Source: a bacterium (GTDB lineage: Bacteria; Margulisbacteria; Marinamargulisbacteria; JAHFDA01). From it: a stretch of DNA of 64,000 bases. A program made the position numbers and the translations under genes. Below are positions 37,659-46,055 of the stretch, in pieces (within the stretch, counting starts at the first letter, position 1; every line of letters starts with the position of its first letter). The stretch spans positions 1,169 through 65,168 of the forward strand of contig JAHFDA010000007.1 in NCBI GenBank assembly GCA_023249225.1, written 5' to 3'. A model generated the notes under the pieces. It was not told the origin of the DNA. It did not search any database and worked only from the letters and a program-made list of their open reading frames with translations.

Positions 37659-38980
37659 GCCCAGGTTTCAAAAGCGGGTATCTCCAAATCGGCCAGATGC
37701 ACATACACCGGCGGATTCCATGCGGTCAGGTTAGAGGTTTTCATCTTTAAAGGGTAGATCCACGGATGTCGCCAGGGCTGCTTGAGTACCAGGACGTTTA
37801 TCTTGTGAGAAACAAGTATCTGTTCTGCAAATTTCATATTGAATGGGCACAGGCTATGTGCCTGGTAGCCCGCATCTTGCAAGTGCCGGGTGGCCTGTGG
37901 ATCGTCGCATAGAATTTCTAGAGAAGCTTTCAGTAGGTGGCTCCGCAGTTGTGTCGCTGTCCAGTACGTAGGCTTGTCGAGTTGTTGCTGGCACAGAGCA
38001 AATAACTTTTCTGCAGAAATATGCGGCTGACAGGTGCTTACGGCCAGAGCACAATTCCATGGCGTGCAGGCCATGGCGCAGTGCGGAGTTTCTTTGTACG
38101 CCAACGCGTGTACATCCCAAGGCGCCCAGCGGCAGGGATTGATGTTCTGGGTGACAAGCACACATATTTGCGGGATACCGCACGCGGCGGCCAGGTGTGC
38201 GGTGCCAGTGCTGGGGCCAAGTAGCAGGCGTGCATGGGCGATCCACGCTGCCAGTTCGCTCACCGAGGTTTGGCCGGTGGCGTCCAGCACGCGTATTTTC
38301 AGGGGTTCCGGAATTTCTGCCAGAATTTTTTGGGCGGTATGGCTGGCTTTGGATGTGCCCATCAATCCAACCGCGGCACGGGGATAGGTTAAAAGCAAAT
38401 GCCTGGCCAAAGTAGCCAAGGTGCTAAAACTCACAGCCAACGCGCTTTGCGCTTCGAGCGCCAGTAAAATCCACTCGGTTTGACCGGAATGATTTTGAAA
38501 CTGACTGACAGATTCAGGCAACTTGAATGTCGAGGGATTGAAGTGGTAATGAATTCCTGCCGATGCGGGTGTCATGGAAAGTTTATTGACAAGGTCCAGG
38601 TTCTGAAAGACCTGTGGTCTAAATGAGGACACGCGGTGCGAACGCCAAAGTCCGCGGTTGAACAGGCGCAAGTCTTTGGGCGAACGCTTCCAGCCGCTCC
38701 GTAGCGGGATCCCAACCTCGAGCGCTAAGCGGGCATGGGGATCTTCTTCCCAAAAAAATACGGCAGCGTCAAAGGCAGCCTGACGCAATCGTTCTACAGT
38801 CATATCTTTGGGAGACCAGATTTCATCTACCCAGGTCATGGCTGGATGCAAGTGCTCAAGTCCTGGCGCGGCCACTAGGGTGAGGTGTGCGCCGCCAGAC
38901 TTAAGCTGCCAAAGTGCAGGAAGGGTTAGAATCAGATCTCCTAAATGATCGGGACGGGACAATAATACTTTGCGTAACAT
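37625..38980 (-). CDS. GT9 glycosyltransferase (heptosyltransferase-like) paralog 6 with Cys4 motif and C-terminal extension
   Basis: SRPDHLGDLILTLPALWQLKS, W.PW, CAMACTPWNCALAVSTC, then ~110 extra residues. Confidence 0.7.
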   Translation of the reverse strand: MLRKVLLSRPDHLGDLILTLPALWQLKSGGAHLTLVAAPGLEHLHPAMTWVDEIWSPKDMTVERLRQAAFDAAVFFWEEDPHARLALEVGIPLRSGWKRSPKDLRLFNRGLWRSHRVSSFRPQVFQNLDLVNKLSMTPASAGIHYHFNPSTFKLPESVSQFQNHSGQTEWILLALEAQSALAVSFSTLATLARHLLLTYPRAAVGLMGTSKASHTAQKILAEIPEPLKIRVLDATGQTSVSELAAWIAHARLLLGPSTGTAHLAAACGIPQICVLVTQNINPCRWAPWDVHALAYKETPHCAMACTPWNCALAVSTCQPHISAEKLFALCQQQLDKPTYWTATQLRSHLLKASLEILCDDPQATRHLQDAGYQAHSLCPFNMKFAEQILVSHKINVLVLKQPWRHPWIYPLKMKTSNLTAWNPPVYVHLADLEIPAFETWAYERLGLGGCV

Positions 38981-39026
38981 GGTGCGGTTAACCCAGATGA
39001 TGCATACTTAGAAGTCGATCATGGCA

Positions 39027-39066
39027 CACGGGAACCTGATACTACTATATGAATAGTGCGGGCTAA
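39027..39066 (+). repeat. GT-C-flanking repeat, copy R2 (diverged)
   Basis: ACGGGAACCTGATACTACTATATGAATAGTGCGGGCTAA. Shares ACGGGAACC and ATGAATAGTGCGGG(T/C)TAA with R1/R3. It overlaps the stop codon of GT-C paralog B. Confidence 0.45.
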
Positions 39067-40718
39067 TAAAAAGGCCTTAAATCAAAAAAGGTGTTTTCTT
39101 TGTTCATGCCGTAGACCACGGTATAGGTTGGGTTTGCATAGCATTGATACGCGATGTCATGTTTTTGTGAAAAACGTTTCCAGGTATGCAGGTGGGCTGA
39201 ACCCGTAAAAAATATATACGGTCGTTCAGCTACAGGTTTACGCATCAAGGATCGATAGATAAAAATTTCATAGCTGGAGTCACGGGCGTAAGTCATCACC
39301 GGAATAGACTGGTGTTGTCTGCCCGAAAGATAGGTGAGCTTGTGACTGATCCAGTATTCAGAAAAGCTAAGGGCCAGCGCATGGTTGTCTAAAAAACCGA
39401 TCAGGTCTTGCATGTCGCTTTCAGCGGCATTGGGCGTCTGGCGATACAAACCTTGTTGCAGGGCGTAAACATGATAGTGGCATCCAATATAGGCCAGCGT
39501 GAAAACCAGAAACACCACAAGTGCTTTGCGTCCGCCACGCTGTTCAATCCATTCAAGAAACCGGCACCACAAAAAAGGGATAAAACCAAGCACCGGTATT
39601 AAAAAACGTACGTGCACGAAGTCATGCAATTGCCTGGACAAAATGGCCACGCCAAAGATCCATAGTAATCCAAGTATCATGATGGATTCTTCAGACAGCA
39701 GGCGTTTTTGCAGACTTAAATAGGCTTTGATCTCACCAAGATTGCGATGGATCACAAAAATGATAAAGCCAAACAGTATGGCCAGGTACAGATGGCCGGC
39801 GATTTTTAAGCTGGTGGGTAAGGTAAAAGACGCCACATGGGTCAGGTTTTGAATGCCACGGTAAAAGGGGAGCGACTCCGCTGGAATCCATTTAACGCCT
39901 GCATAGTAAGGCAGTATTTCTGTCACACAGAGTTTGAGCGATTGAAAGATGCTGGCGGGATCCGCCAAACCCATGACAGGACCACCCACATCGACCCGAA
40001 AAATTTTTGCCAGTATGCCTGGAGCGTAACCAAGCCCAAAACCCCCTAACGCAAGGTATCCGTTTTTTGTAGAGCCTATTTTTTTAATCAGTCCGCGTAC
40101 TCCGTTTTCAATGATGCCGATGGTTAAAAATAGTCCCAGGTAATAAATAGCCAGGGTATAGGTGTAGTAGGCAAAACCCATAAAAAATCCGGCAAACCAT
40201 AGCCAGGTTCTGGACGAGCTGCTGTTTTTTTTCCGGTATTTAAAAAAGCAAAACAAAGCCAGGGTTCCCAGGGCGGTGATGGTGGTATGTCCGCCTACCG
40301 CAAAAAAAGCAAAGTGTTTTGTGATCCAAATATTAAACGCCAGGGGCAGCGTTCCCCAAAAGGCGTACGTGACACCTATGCCCAAGAGGCGCAGTAACTT
40401 AAACGAAGTGCCCACCAGCACAAGGTAGGCTAAAAAAATACTAAACTTATAAGCGCCCGGACCGGCCCCCAGGATCAGTTGTGCCGGAATGGTGCCGGCC
40501 AGCTCGGTGATGCCCTGGTAGGGGGCCCCCGGTATGTTTAAAGGGCGATAATGTTCATGGATCATACGCTGGGATACGATGGCGTTATAGGCCTCATCGG
40601 CATCCAAATAACTGGCGGCATGCATCAAAAAGGGGATCTGGGTGAGCACCGTGATCAAAATGAGCGCAAAAAATGCCAACGGCTCACCAGATAAAATGAG
40701 TTTTTTAACTGGCACCAT
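39063..40718 (-). CDS. GT-C fold membrane glycosyltransferase (ArnT/PMT-like), paralog B
   Basis: Polytopic with a DADEAYN first-loop motif. Paralogous to 27843-29516, and flanked on both sides by copies of the ~43-bp repeat. Confidence 0.6.
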   Translation of the reverse strand: MVPVKKLILSGEPLAFFALILITVLTQIPFLMHAASYLDADEAYNAIVSQRMIHEHYRPLNIPGAPYQGITELAGTIPAQLILGAGPGAYKFSIFLAYLVLVGTSFKLLRLLGIGVTYAFWGTLPLAFNIWITKHFAFFAVGGHTTITALGTLALFCFFKYRKKNSSSSRTWLWFAGFFMGFAYYTYTLAIYYLGLFLTIGIIENGVRGLIKKIGSTKNGYLALGGFGLGYAPGILAKIFRVDVGGPVMGLADPASIFQSLKLCVTEILPYYAGVKWIPAESLPFYRGIQNLTHVASFTLPTSLKIAGHLYLAILFGFIIFVIHRNLGEIKAYLSLQKRLLSEESIMILGLLWIFGVAILSRQLHDFVHVRFLIPVLGFIPFLWCRFLEWIEQRGGRKALVVFLVFTLAYIGCHYHVYALQQGLYRQTPNAAESDMQDLIGFLDNHALALSFSEYWISHKLTYLSGRQHQSIPVMTYARDSSYEIFIYRSLMRKPVAERPYIFFTGSAHLHTWKRFSQKHDIAYQCYANPTYTVVYGMNKENTFFDLRPFY

Positions 40719-40736
40719 TCATCAGTACAACTTTGA

Positions 40737-40780
40737 ACGGGAGCCCGCGACAAGTAAAGTATGAATAGTGCGGGTTAAAA
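40737..40780 (+). repeat. GT-C-flanking repeat, copy R3
   Basis: ACGGGAGCCCGCGACAAGTAAAGTATGAATAGTGCGGGTTAAAA, 3 mismatches to R1. It fills the 70-bp divergent gap between GT-C paralog B and the 40789 gene. A TTGAAC-N16-TAAAGT promoter-like arrangement overlaps it. Confidence 0.5.
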
Positions 40781-40788
40781 CGCGGAAC

Positions 40789-41520
40789 ATGCTCGGCTTC
40801 ATTTTGGGTCTGGTGCTTTTAGCACTGGGCCGCAATGATGTGCGCTACCTTTTTAAATCGGCTTCGGTGCTTGCTTGCAACGAAATATTTTCGACACCCG
40901 GCAGTGCCGCAGCCCAGTTCGAAAAAAGTGCCAATCTCCTTTACTGTGGTCGCCTCATTGAAGCCATCCATGCCATAAAAAATTTGCCGCCCCCGTACCA
41001 GATTCGCGATGAGCTTGAGGCAGAATTTAATAACCAAATCAATATCCATACGGCCCGTTGGCAGCCAGGCGTGAATCTGGTTTTGGTGCACCTTTTTAAT
41101 AATGAATACGACGATGCGCTTGCAAGGAGCAACGCCAATTTACGTTCTTTTCCGGATCAGGCCTGGTGCAAACTGCTACATGCCTTTGTTTTAGCTAAAA
41201 AGGGGCAGATGCACGCAGCCGTTGGTATGGGGCATGAGGCCGATGCGATGCTGCCAGACCATCCTTTGCCGCCTGTGCTGCTTGCGATTGCCTACTGGGA
41301 ACTGGGGGATAAAGCATTGGCCTTGCGTACCCTTGGCGTGGCGCTATTGCGGCTGCGCCTTTTAGAAATAATGTGGGTGCTCAATGAAATCGTTCGAGGC
41401 CTGTTTAACAATCTTTCAGTGTTTGGCATGGTATTGGCTGGGGGAGTTTATTTTTGGATATTCCGCCGCATGGCGGGTATTCGGCAGAGTCTGCTGGGCG
41501 ATATCCGACGCTTGATTTAG
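40789..41520 (+). CDS. TPR-like small membrane protein, paralog of the 29494-30261 gene
   Basis: ATG 40789 gives MLGFILGLVLLALG as a signal/TM segment. Helical-repeat middle and C-terminal TM (GVYFWIFRRMAGI). Confidence 0.45.
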   Translation: MLGFILGLVLLALGRNDVRYLFKSASVLACNEIFSTPGSAAAQFEKSANLLYCGRLIEAIHAIKNLPPPYQIRDELEAEFNNQINIHTARWQPGVNLVLVHLFNNEYDDALARSNANLRSFPDQAWCKLLHAFVLAKKGQMHAAVGMGHEADAMLPDHPLPPVLLAIAYWELGDKALALRTLGVALLRLRLLEIMWVLNEIVRGLFNNLSVFGMVLAGGVYFWIFRRMAGIRQSLLGDIRRLI

Positions 41521-41600
41521 CCCGCAGTTAAATTCCACATGATTTTGGGTGAAATATCGAAAATATTAAATCGATACATAATATAAGCGGCTCCTATCTT

Positions 41601-42104
41601 ATGAAGGCTATTTTATATAAGCGCGTTGCCGAATCCACCGACCCCTTCGAACGTGCGGCCAAGCGTTGGGGCGTCCGCAAGGACGGTATCCGTCATGACA
41701 CCAGGTCTTCTGATCGCAGACAGGATCTCCGGCCTTTTGACCCGCCACCCACTGTAGAGGATCTGGGCGAGCCCACGGTGGAAAAATTAATCCATTGCCG
41801 AAATCGAGAAGGTTATTTGAAAGCAGATTTGAAAAAGTATTCCAACGTACTCAAATACAATTTTGGAATGCTTGTATTCATTGGGGTAAGCCTGGGGCTT
41901 TCGATGAGTCAACAGTGGGATCCCCTATGGCCTACCCTGGCAATCCTGCTGGTCGCCGATTTTGCGGTCGAAGGCTGGGCCTTTACCAAGTACGCCCGGA
42001 CGGATCAAGCGATTTCAAAAAACCGCGCAGTGATGCTTGGCCTCGAGCTGGCCCTCTATAACCGGGGCATTCCTTTTTCGCCCGAAGACGACACGGCATT
42101 CTAA
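41601..42104 (+). CDS. hypothetical membrane protein
   Basis: 167 aa with charged N-terminal half and two hydrophobic helices. No equivalent in the first copy of the duplicated module. Confidence 0.35.
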   Translation: MKAILYKRVAESTDPFERAAKRWGVRKDGIRHDTRSSDRRQDLRPFDPPPTVEDLGEPTVEKLIHCRNREGYLKADLKKYSNVLKYNFGMLVFIGVSLGLSMSQQWDPLWPTLAILLVADFAVEGWAFTKYARTDQAISKNRAVMLGLELALYNRGIPFSPEDDTAF

Positions 42105-42143
42105 ACAACGCCGTAAGCACAGAAAGTCGTAAAATAATGGAAT

Positions 42144-43544
42144 ATGTCATGGTCTGATTCCATTCGCCGCATCCTGGTCATTCGCCCAGACCAGATTGGC
42201 GACTTGTTGCTGATTACGCCAGTGCTACGGGCCTTAAAAAAAAAATGTCCCGGCGTAGAAATCACGGCCTGCATCAAGCCTTACACCGCGCCCATTGCCT
42301 GCCGTATTCCTGAAATTGATGTCATCTTTACAGATCGCCTGCTACCAGGCCAATATACCTGGTCTGATTTTTGGCAGGTAGCAAACGAGATTCGCGCCCG
42401 TCAGTTTGACCTGGCCATTCATTTCACCACCGATTATCCCTACACACTCATATCTTTTTTGGCAGGTATTCGCTACCGGGTAGGAGATTATGCCCGCCTG
42501 GGGATGCGACCCTGGCTCAACATGCCTGTGCGTCAGCATTACCGTGATACCAGCAAGCACGAGATTGAACACAACTATGATCTTTGTAACATTTTTGACA
42601 GCGGACTTTCTGAAGAGCCGATGTCGCTGCGGGTCAGTGCCGAAGAAGTGCAAAAATTTCGGATGACCCATCAGCTTCCAGCGGGACCACTGCTTGCGGT
42701 GCATCTTGGGACGGGTGGCGGAAATAAGCCTTGGTTGCCTGAATCTTATGCGATGGTTTGTGACCAGATACTCCAAAAGTTTCAGATGCCATCCCTGGTC
42801 ATCGGGTCGCCTGCGGAACAATCTCTCGCGCAGCGGTTTATGGCCTCTGCAAAAGGGCGGCACCATGTCATGGTGGGTAAAACCGATCTTTCAGATTTGC
42901 CGTTGGCCATTGCCTGCGGTGATTATTTTTTGGGCGTCGATTCGGGACCCATGCATATTGCTGCTGCGCTACAAAAGCCCACCGTGGCTATTTTTCCAAC
43001 CAAAATGGTCAAGGCGGCACACTGGGGTCCCTGGCATGTGCCGCAAGAAATTGTGCATATGCAAACCGCTTGCGAGCTGCGTTGTGTGCCCCGCCAATGT
43101 GCTTTGGAGACCTGCTTAAAAGAACATCCGGTCGATGCGGTTTTTCAGGCTGTGTCACGGCTGATCGAAGGGCATTGTTCCAAAAATGCTTGGGATCAAA
43201 AGCTGCAACGCATCCGTAAAACACTGGGCATTGGTTTTATACACAAGGGCCATGGCCTTTTGCCGACGATGCAAACACAGATGCATCAGGTAAAAGCAGA
43301 AGGCTTCCAAGTCCGATTATTGCAGCTTGGCCCCTGGCAGGTCAGCGAACTGGCCGCTGCTTTAAATGCTTTTAACCTGCATGTATTGGTGGTGCCTTCG
43401 CACGTACAGCTCTGGCGCGTGGCAGCGGCCCTCACAGGCTCCAAAGTATTTATTCCACCCCTGGTGATCACGCCCGATGCTTTGGAAGCTGCCGAGGGGA
43501 ACGTGGCGCAACGCCTGGTGCAATGTTTTAACCCGTGCGAGTAA
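42144..43544 (+). CDS. GT9 glycosyltransferase (heptosyltransferase-like) paralog 7 with Cys4 motif and C-terminal extension
   Basis: IRPDQIGDLLLITPVLRALKKKCP, LGTGGGNKPWLPESY, WGPW, CELRCVPRQCALETC, then ~130 extra residues. Confidence 0.75.
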   Translation: MSWSDSIRRILVIRPDQIGDLLLITPVLRALKKKCPGVEITACIKPYTAPIACRIPEIDVIFTDRLLPGQYTWSDFWQVANEIRARQFDLAIHFTTDYPYTLISFLAGIRYRVGDYARLGMRPWLNMPVRQHYRDTSKHEIEHNYDLCNIFDSGLSEEPMSLRVSAEEVQKFRMTHQLPAGPLLAVHLGTGGGNKPWLPESYAMVCDQILQKFQMPSLVIGSPAEQSLAQRFMASAKGRHHVMVGKTDLSDLPLAIACGDYFLGVDSGPMHIAAALQKPTVAIFPTKMVKAAHWGPWHVPQEIVHMQTACELRCVPRQCALETCLKEHPVDAVFQAVSRLIEGHCSKNAWDQKLQRIRKTLGIGFIHKGHGLLPTMQTQMHQVKAEGFQVRLLQLGPWQVSELAAALNAFNLHVLVVPSHVQLWRVAAALTGSKVFIPPLVITPDALEAAEGNVAQRLVQCFNPCE

Positions 43545-43578
43545 AATACCGTCATGGGTCAAAGGGCGGCCATCACGT

Positions 43579-44496
43579 ATGACTAAAACTCCGCAAATTT
43601 CTGTGGTCATCGGCACCTTTAACCAGGCCGCCAAACTCAATCTGGTGCTTAACGGATTTGCGCGGCAGACCCTTGCTAAGGATGCGTTTGAAGTGCTGGT
43701 GGCGGATTCCTGCTCTACCGACGATACGCGTACGATCTGTGAAGCCTTTAAGGCTGACATGGCGCTTACTTATTTATGTATCCAAAACCAGGGCAAGGCC
43801 AAAGCACGCAATCTGGCGGCCCAACAGGCCAGCGGGGCGGTTTTGTTTTTGACCGATGCCGACATGGTTCCGGCGCCTGACTTGCTTGAAGAACATCTCA
43901 AGGCCCACGGTCGGCTATCCACCCTGGCCATGTTCGAAGGCCTGACCTTTAATCTTAAAACCGAAACACTTCCAGCCGATCAGGCCATTAAAAGTCCTTA
44001 TATCACCAGATATTTGCGGTCGGGGCAGCGCCTGGGTTTTTATTATTTTTTAAGTGGCAATCTTTCGCTGCCACGGGATGTCTTTTTACAACACGGGGGT
44101 TTCGACGAGCGTTTTACGGGTTATGGCTGGGAAGATATCGAACTGGGATATCGACTGGTACGGCTGGGACGCGTCCCGCTGTGTTATCTGCCCGAGGCAG
44201 TCAATTATCACTATCATGTGCTTGCGGACGAAGAAGAGATCCACCGGGCGGTGGCCAAGGGCGTTGCGGCGCTGACCGTGCTTAAGCTGCATCCCGAACT
44301 ACGCAGTTTTTTAGGTTTAGACCCCTGGTTACTGCGCTTTTGGCAGTGGCTGGATCGGCCCGTCTGGGAGCAAAAAGCCTGGAAACAATTTCGAGAGGGT
44401 GGGGCTTTGGCACGGCGCCTAGTAAAATGGTGTTTGATGGAGATCTACTATCGCCGTGGTGCCAGGCAGGGTATGAAAGCAGAAGTTAGAAGGTAG
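43579..44496 (+). CDS. GT2 (GT-A fold) glycosyltransferase
   Basis: PQISVVIGTFNQAAKLNLVLNGFARQT...FEVLVADSCSTDDT, LTDADMVP (DxD) and GGFDERFTGYGWEDIELGYR. Confidence 0.75.
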   Translation: MTKTPQISVVIGTFNQAAKLNLVLNGFARQTLAKDAFEVLVADSCSTDDTRTICEAFKADMALTYLCIQNQGKAKARNLAAQQASGAVLFLTDADMVPAPDLLEEHLKAHGRLSTLAMFEGLTFNLKTETLPADQAIKSPYITRYLRSGQRLGFYYFLSGNLSLPRDVFLQHGGFDERFTGYGWEDIELGYRLVRLGRVPLCYLPEAVNYHYHVLADEEEIHRAVAKGVAALTVLKLHPELRSFLGLDPWLLRFWQWLDRPVWEQKAWKQFREGGALARRLVKWCLMEIYYRRGARQGMKAEVRR

Positions 44497-44505
44497 AACG
44501 CAGAA

Positions 44506-46008
44506 GTGATTCCAATGACCACCCACATTCCTATAGATGATTCTGATCTTAAATTCAAAGACATTGCGCAGATGTCTCCTGCGGTTTCGGTGGTCATGGT
44601 TCACTTTCGCCACCCGGCGCAAACCTGGCAAGCCTTAGAAGCTTTGTTTGCTTCGACATTAATGTCTATCGAAGTCATTCTGGTCGATAACGGTAAAGAT
44701 GGTGGCGAGCCCTATGCGTTTGGACATCCGCAACTGCTGCGCCTGGCCAATGAACGTAACGAAGGTTTTGCCAAGGCTTGCAACCAGGGGGCGCGCAAAG
44801 CGCGGGGGGAATTTTTATTTTTCTTAAACTCTGATGCGCATGTGCATCCGGGTTGTATCGAGGCTTTAATGGCGTATTTGCGTTATCACCCTGACGTCAT
44901 GTTGGCAGGTCCGCAGTTGCTGTATCCCAATGGTCGGGTGCAGGGTCAGGGCAGCCTTCTCGGCGCAGGCCGTTGGGGTGGGTCCCATCCGCGCCATAAG
45001 GCCTTTATCAGCGGGGCGGCCATGTTGATCCGGGCAAAAGACTTTGGGGATTTGGGCGCATTTGACGAACAGTTTGTCTTTTACAATGAGGATGTAGACT
45101 TGTGTCGACGCATCCGCAGACAAAAAAAACACATGGCCTATGTGCCGACTGCCAAAGTCACCCATTTGGGTGGTGGCTCGGGAACGCAGACGCCTTTTAC
45201 AATTGAACACGGACATCAGGGTGCACTGCGTTTGGCACAAAAACATTATCCGCGCTGGGTGGCTGGCAGTTATCGTGGGTTGATGTTGGCCGAGACAGCG
45301 GTGTTAGGTTGTTGGTCGGCAGTCAGGCAAAAACCAGCGCAGGCGCAGGCCTATCGAAAAGTCCTGGGATGGCTTTGGCGGGCAGGTCGCGTGGCTTGTA
45401 CGGTTCTGTTGCTGATGGCTTTATCGACGCCTCTTTGGGCGGCCGAGTATGACGCCGAGCGGGTTAAACAAACCATCCATTGGCAGGCACAGGTGCAAAA
45501 AAATCCCGAAGACTCCCGCAGTCATTTTGAGCTGGCCATGATTTATGCGCTGACGGGACGGGTCGAAAAGGGCCTGGCTGAACTTGGAAAACTGCAGCCT
45601 AGTTATGCGCCCGACATTATCAAAGTGTACGAACCCCTGGTGCAATCTGAACCCTGGGATGCTGACCACCGCTTTAAATTGGCCTTTGCCTATTATTTTG
45701 CCAATCGAAAAGAAGATGCCAAGAAAATGTTCCAGCGCATTCTTGACGAGAACAATCCCGACCATGTGTGGGCTTTGGGCTATAAAGCGCTGATCATCGG
45801 TTACGAAGGCGACAACGATACGGTGATCAAGTTATGTCAACGGGCTCTCGAAATCGATAAAAATGCCGCAGGCATTTTGTACTTGCGCGGCGAAGCCTAC
45901 CGAAAAAAAGGCGATCTGTTTAAAGGGGCTACAGATATTCTTAAGGCCTTGCGTCTGCGGGCGTTAGACGAGCATGATTGGAAAAAATGGGAGCGCGAGG
46001 CGCGTTAA
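44506..46008 (+). CDS. GT2 glycosyltransferase fused to C-terminal TPR repeats
   Basis: VSVVMVHFRHPAQTW...IEVILVDNG, FLNSDAHV (DxD-like). TM segment ~310-330, then TPR-like repeats (HFELAMIYALTGRVEKG..., AFAYYFANRKEDA...). Confidence 0.7.
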   Translation: MIPMTTHIPIDDSDLKFKDIAQMSPAVSVVMVHFRHPAQTWQALEALFASTLMSIEVILVDNGKDGGEPYAFGHPQLLRLANERNEGFAKACNQGARKARGEFLFFLNSDAHVHPGCIEALMAYLRYHPDVMLAGPQLLYPNGRVQGQGSLLGAGRWGGSHPRHKAFISGAAMLIRAKDFGDLGAFDEQFVFYNEDVDLCRRIRRQKKHMAYVPTAKVTHLGGGSGTQTPFTIEHGHQGALRLAQKHYPRWVAGSYRGLMLAETAVLGCWSAVRQKPAQAQAYRKVLGWLWRAGRVACTVLLLMALSTPLWAAEYDAERVKQTIHWQAQVQKNPEDSRSHFELAMIYALTGRVEKGLAELGKLQPSYAPDIIKVYEPLVQSEPWDADHRFKLAFAYYFANRKEDAKKMFQRILDENNPDHVWALGYKALIIGYEGDNDTVIKLCQRALEIDKNAAGILYLRGEAYRKKGDLFKGATDILKALRLRALDEHDWKKWEREAR

Positions 46009-46013
46009 TACAG

Positions 46014-46055
46014 AACGCGGAATGGGGAATGCGGAATGCGGAATGGGGAATGGGG
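46014..46055 (+). repeat. 6 x 7-nt tandem repeat (AAYGSGG) spanning the predicted lptC start
   Basis: AACGCGG AATGGGG AATGCGG AATGCGG AATGGGG AATGGGG sits between the GT2-TPR stop (46006-46008) and the lptC N-terminus. The first in-frame ATG (46036) lies inside the tract. Confidence 0.6.
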
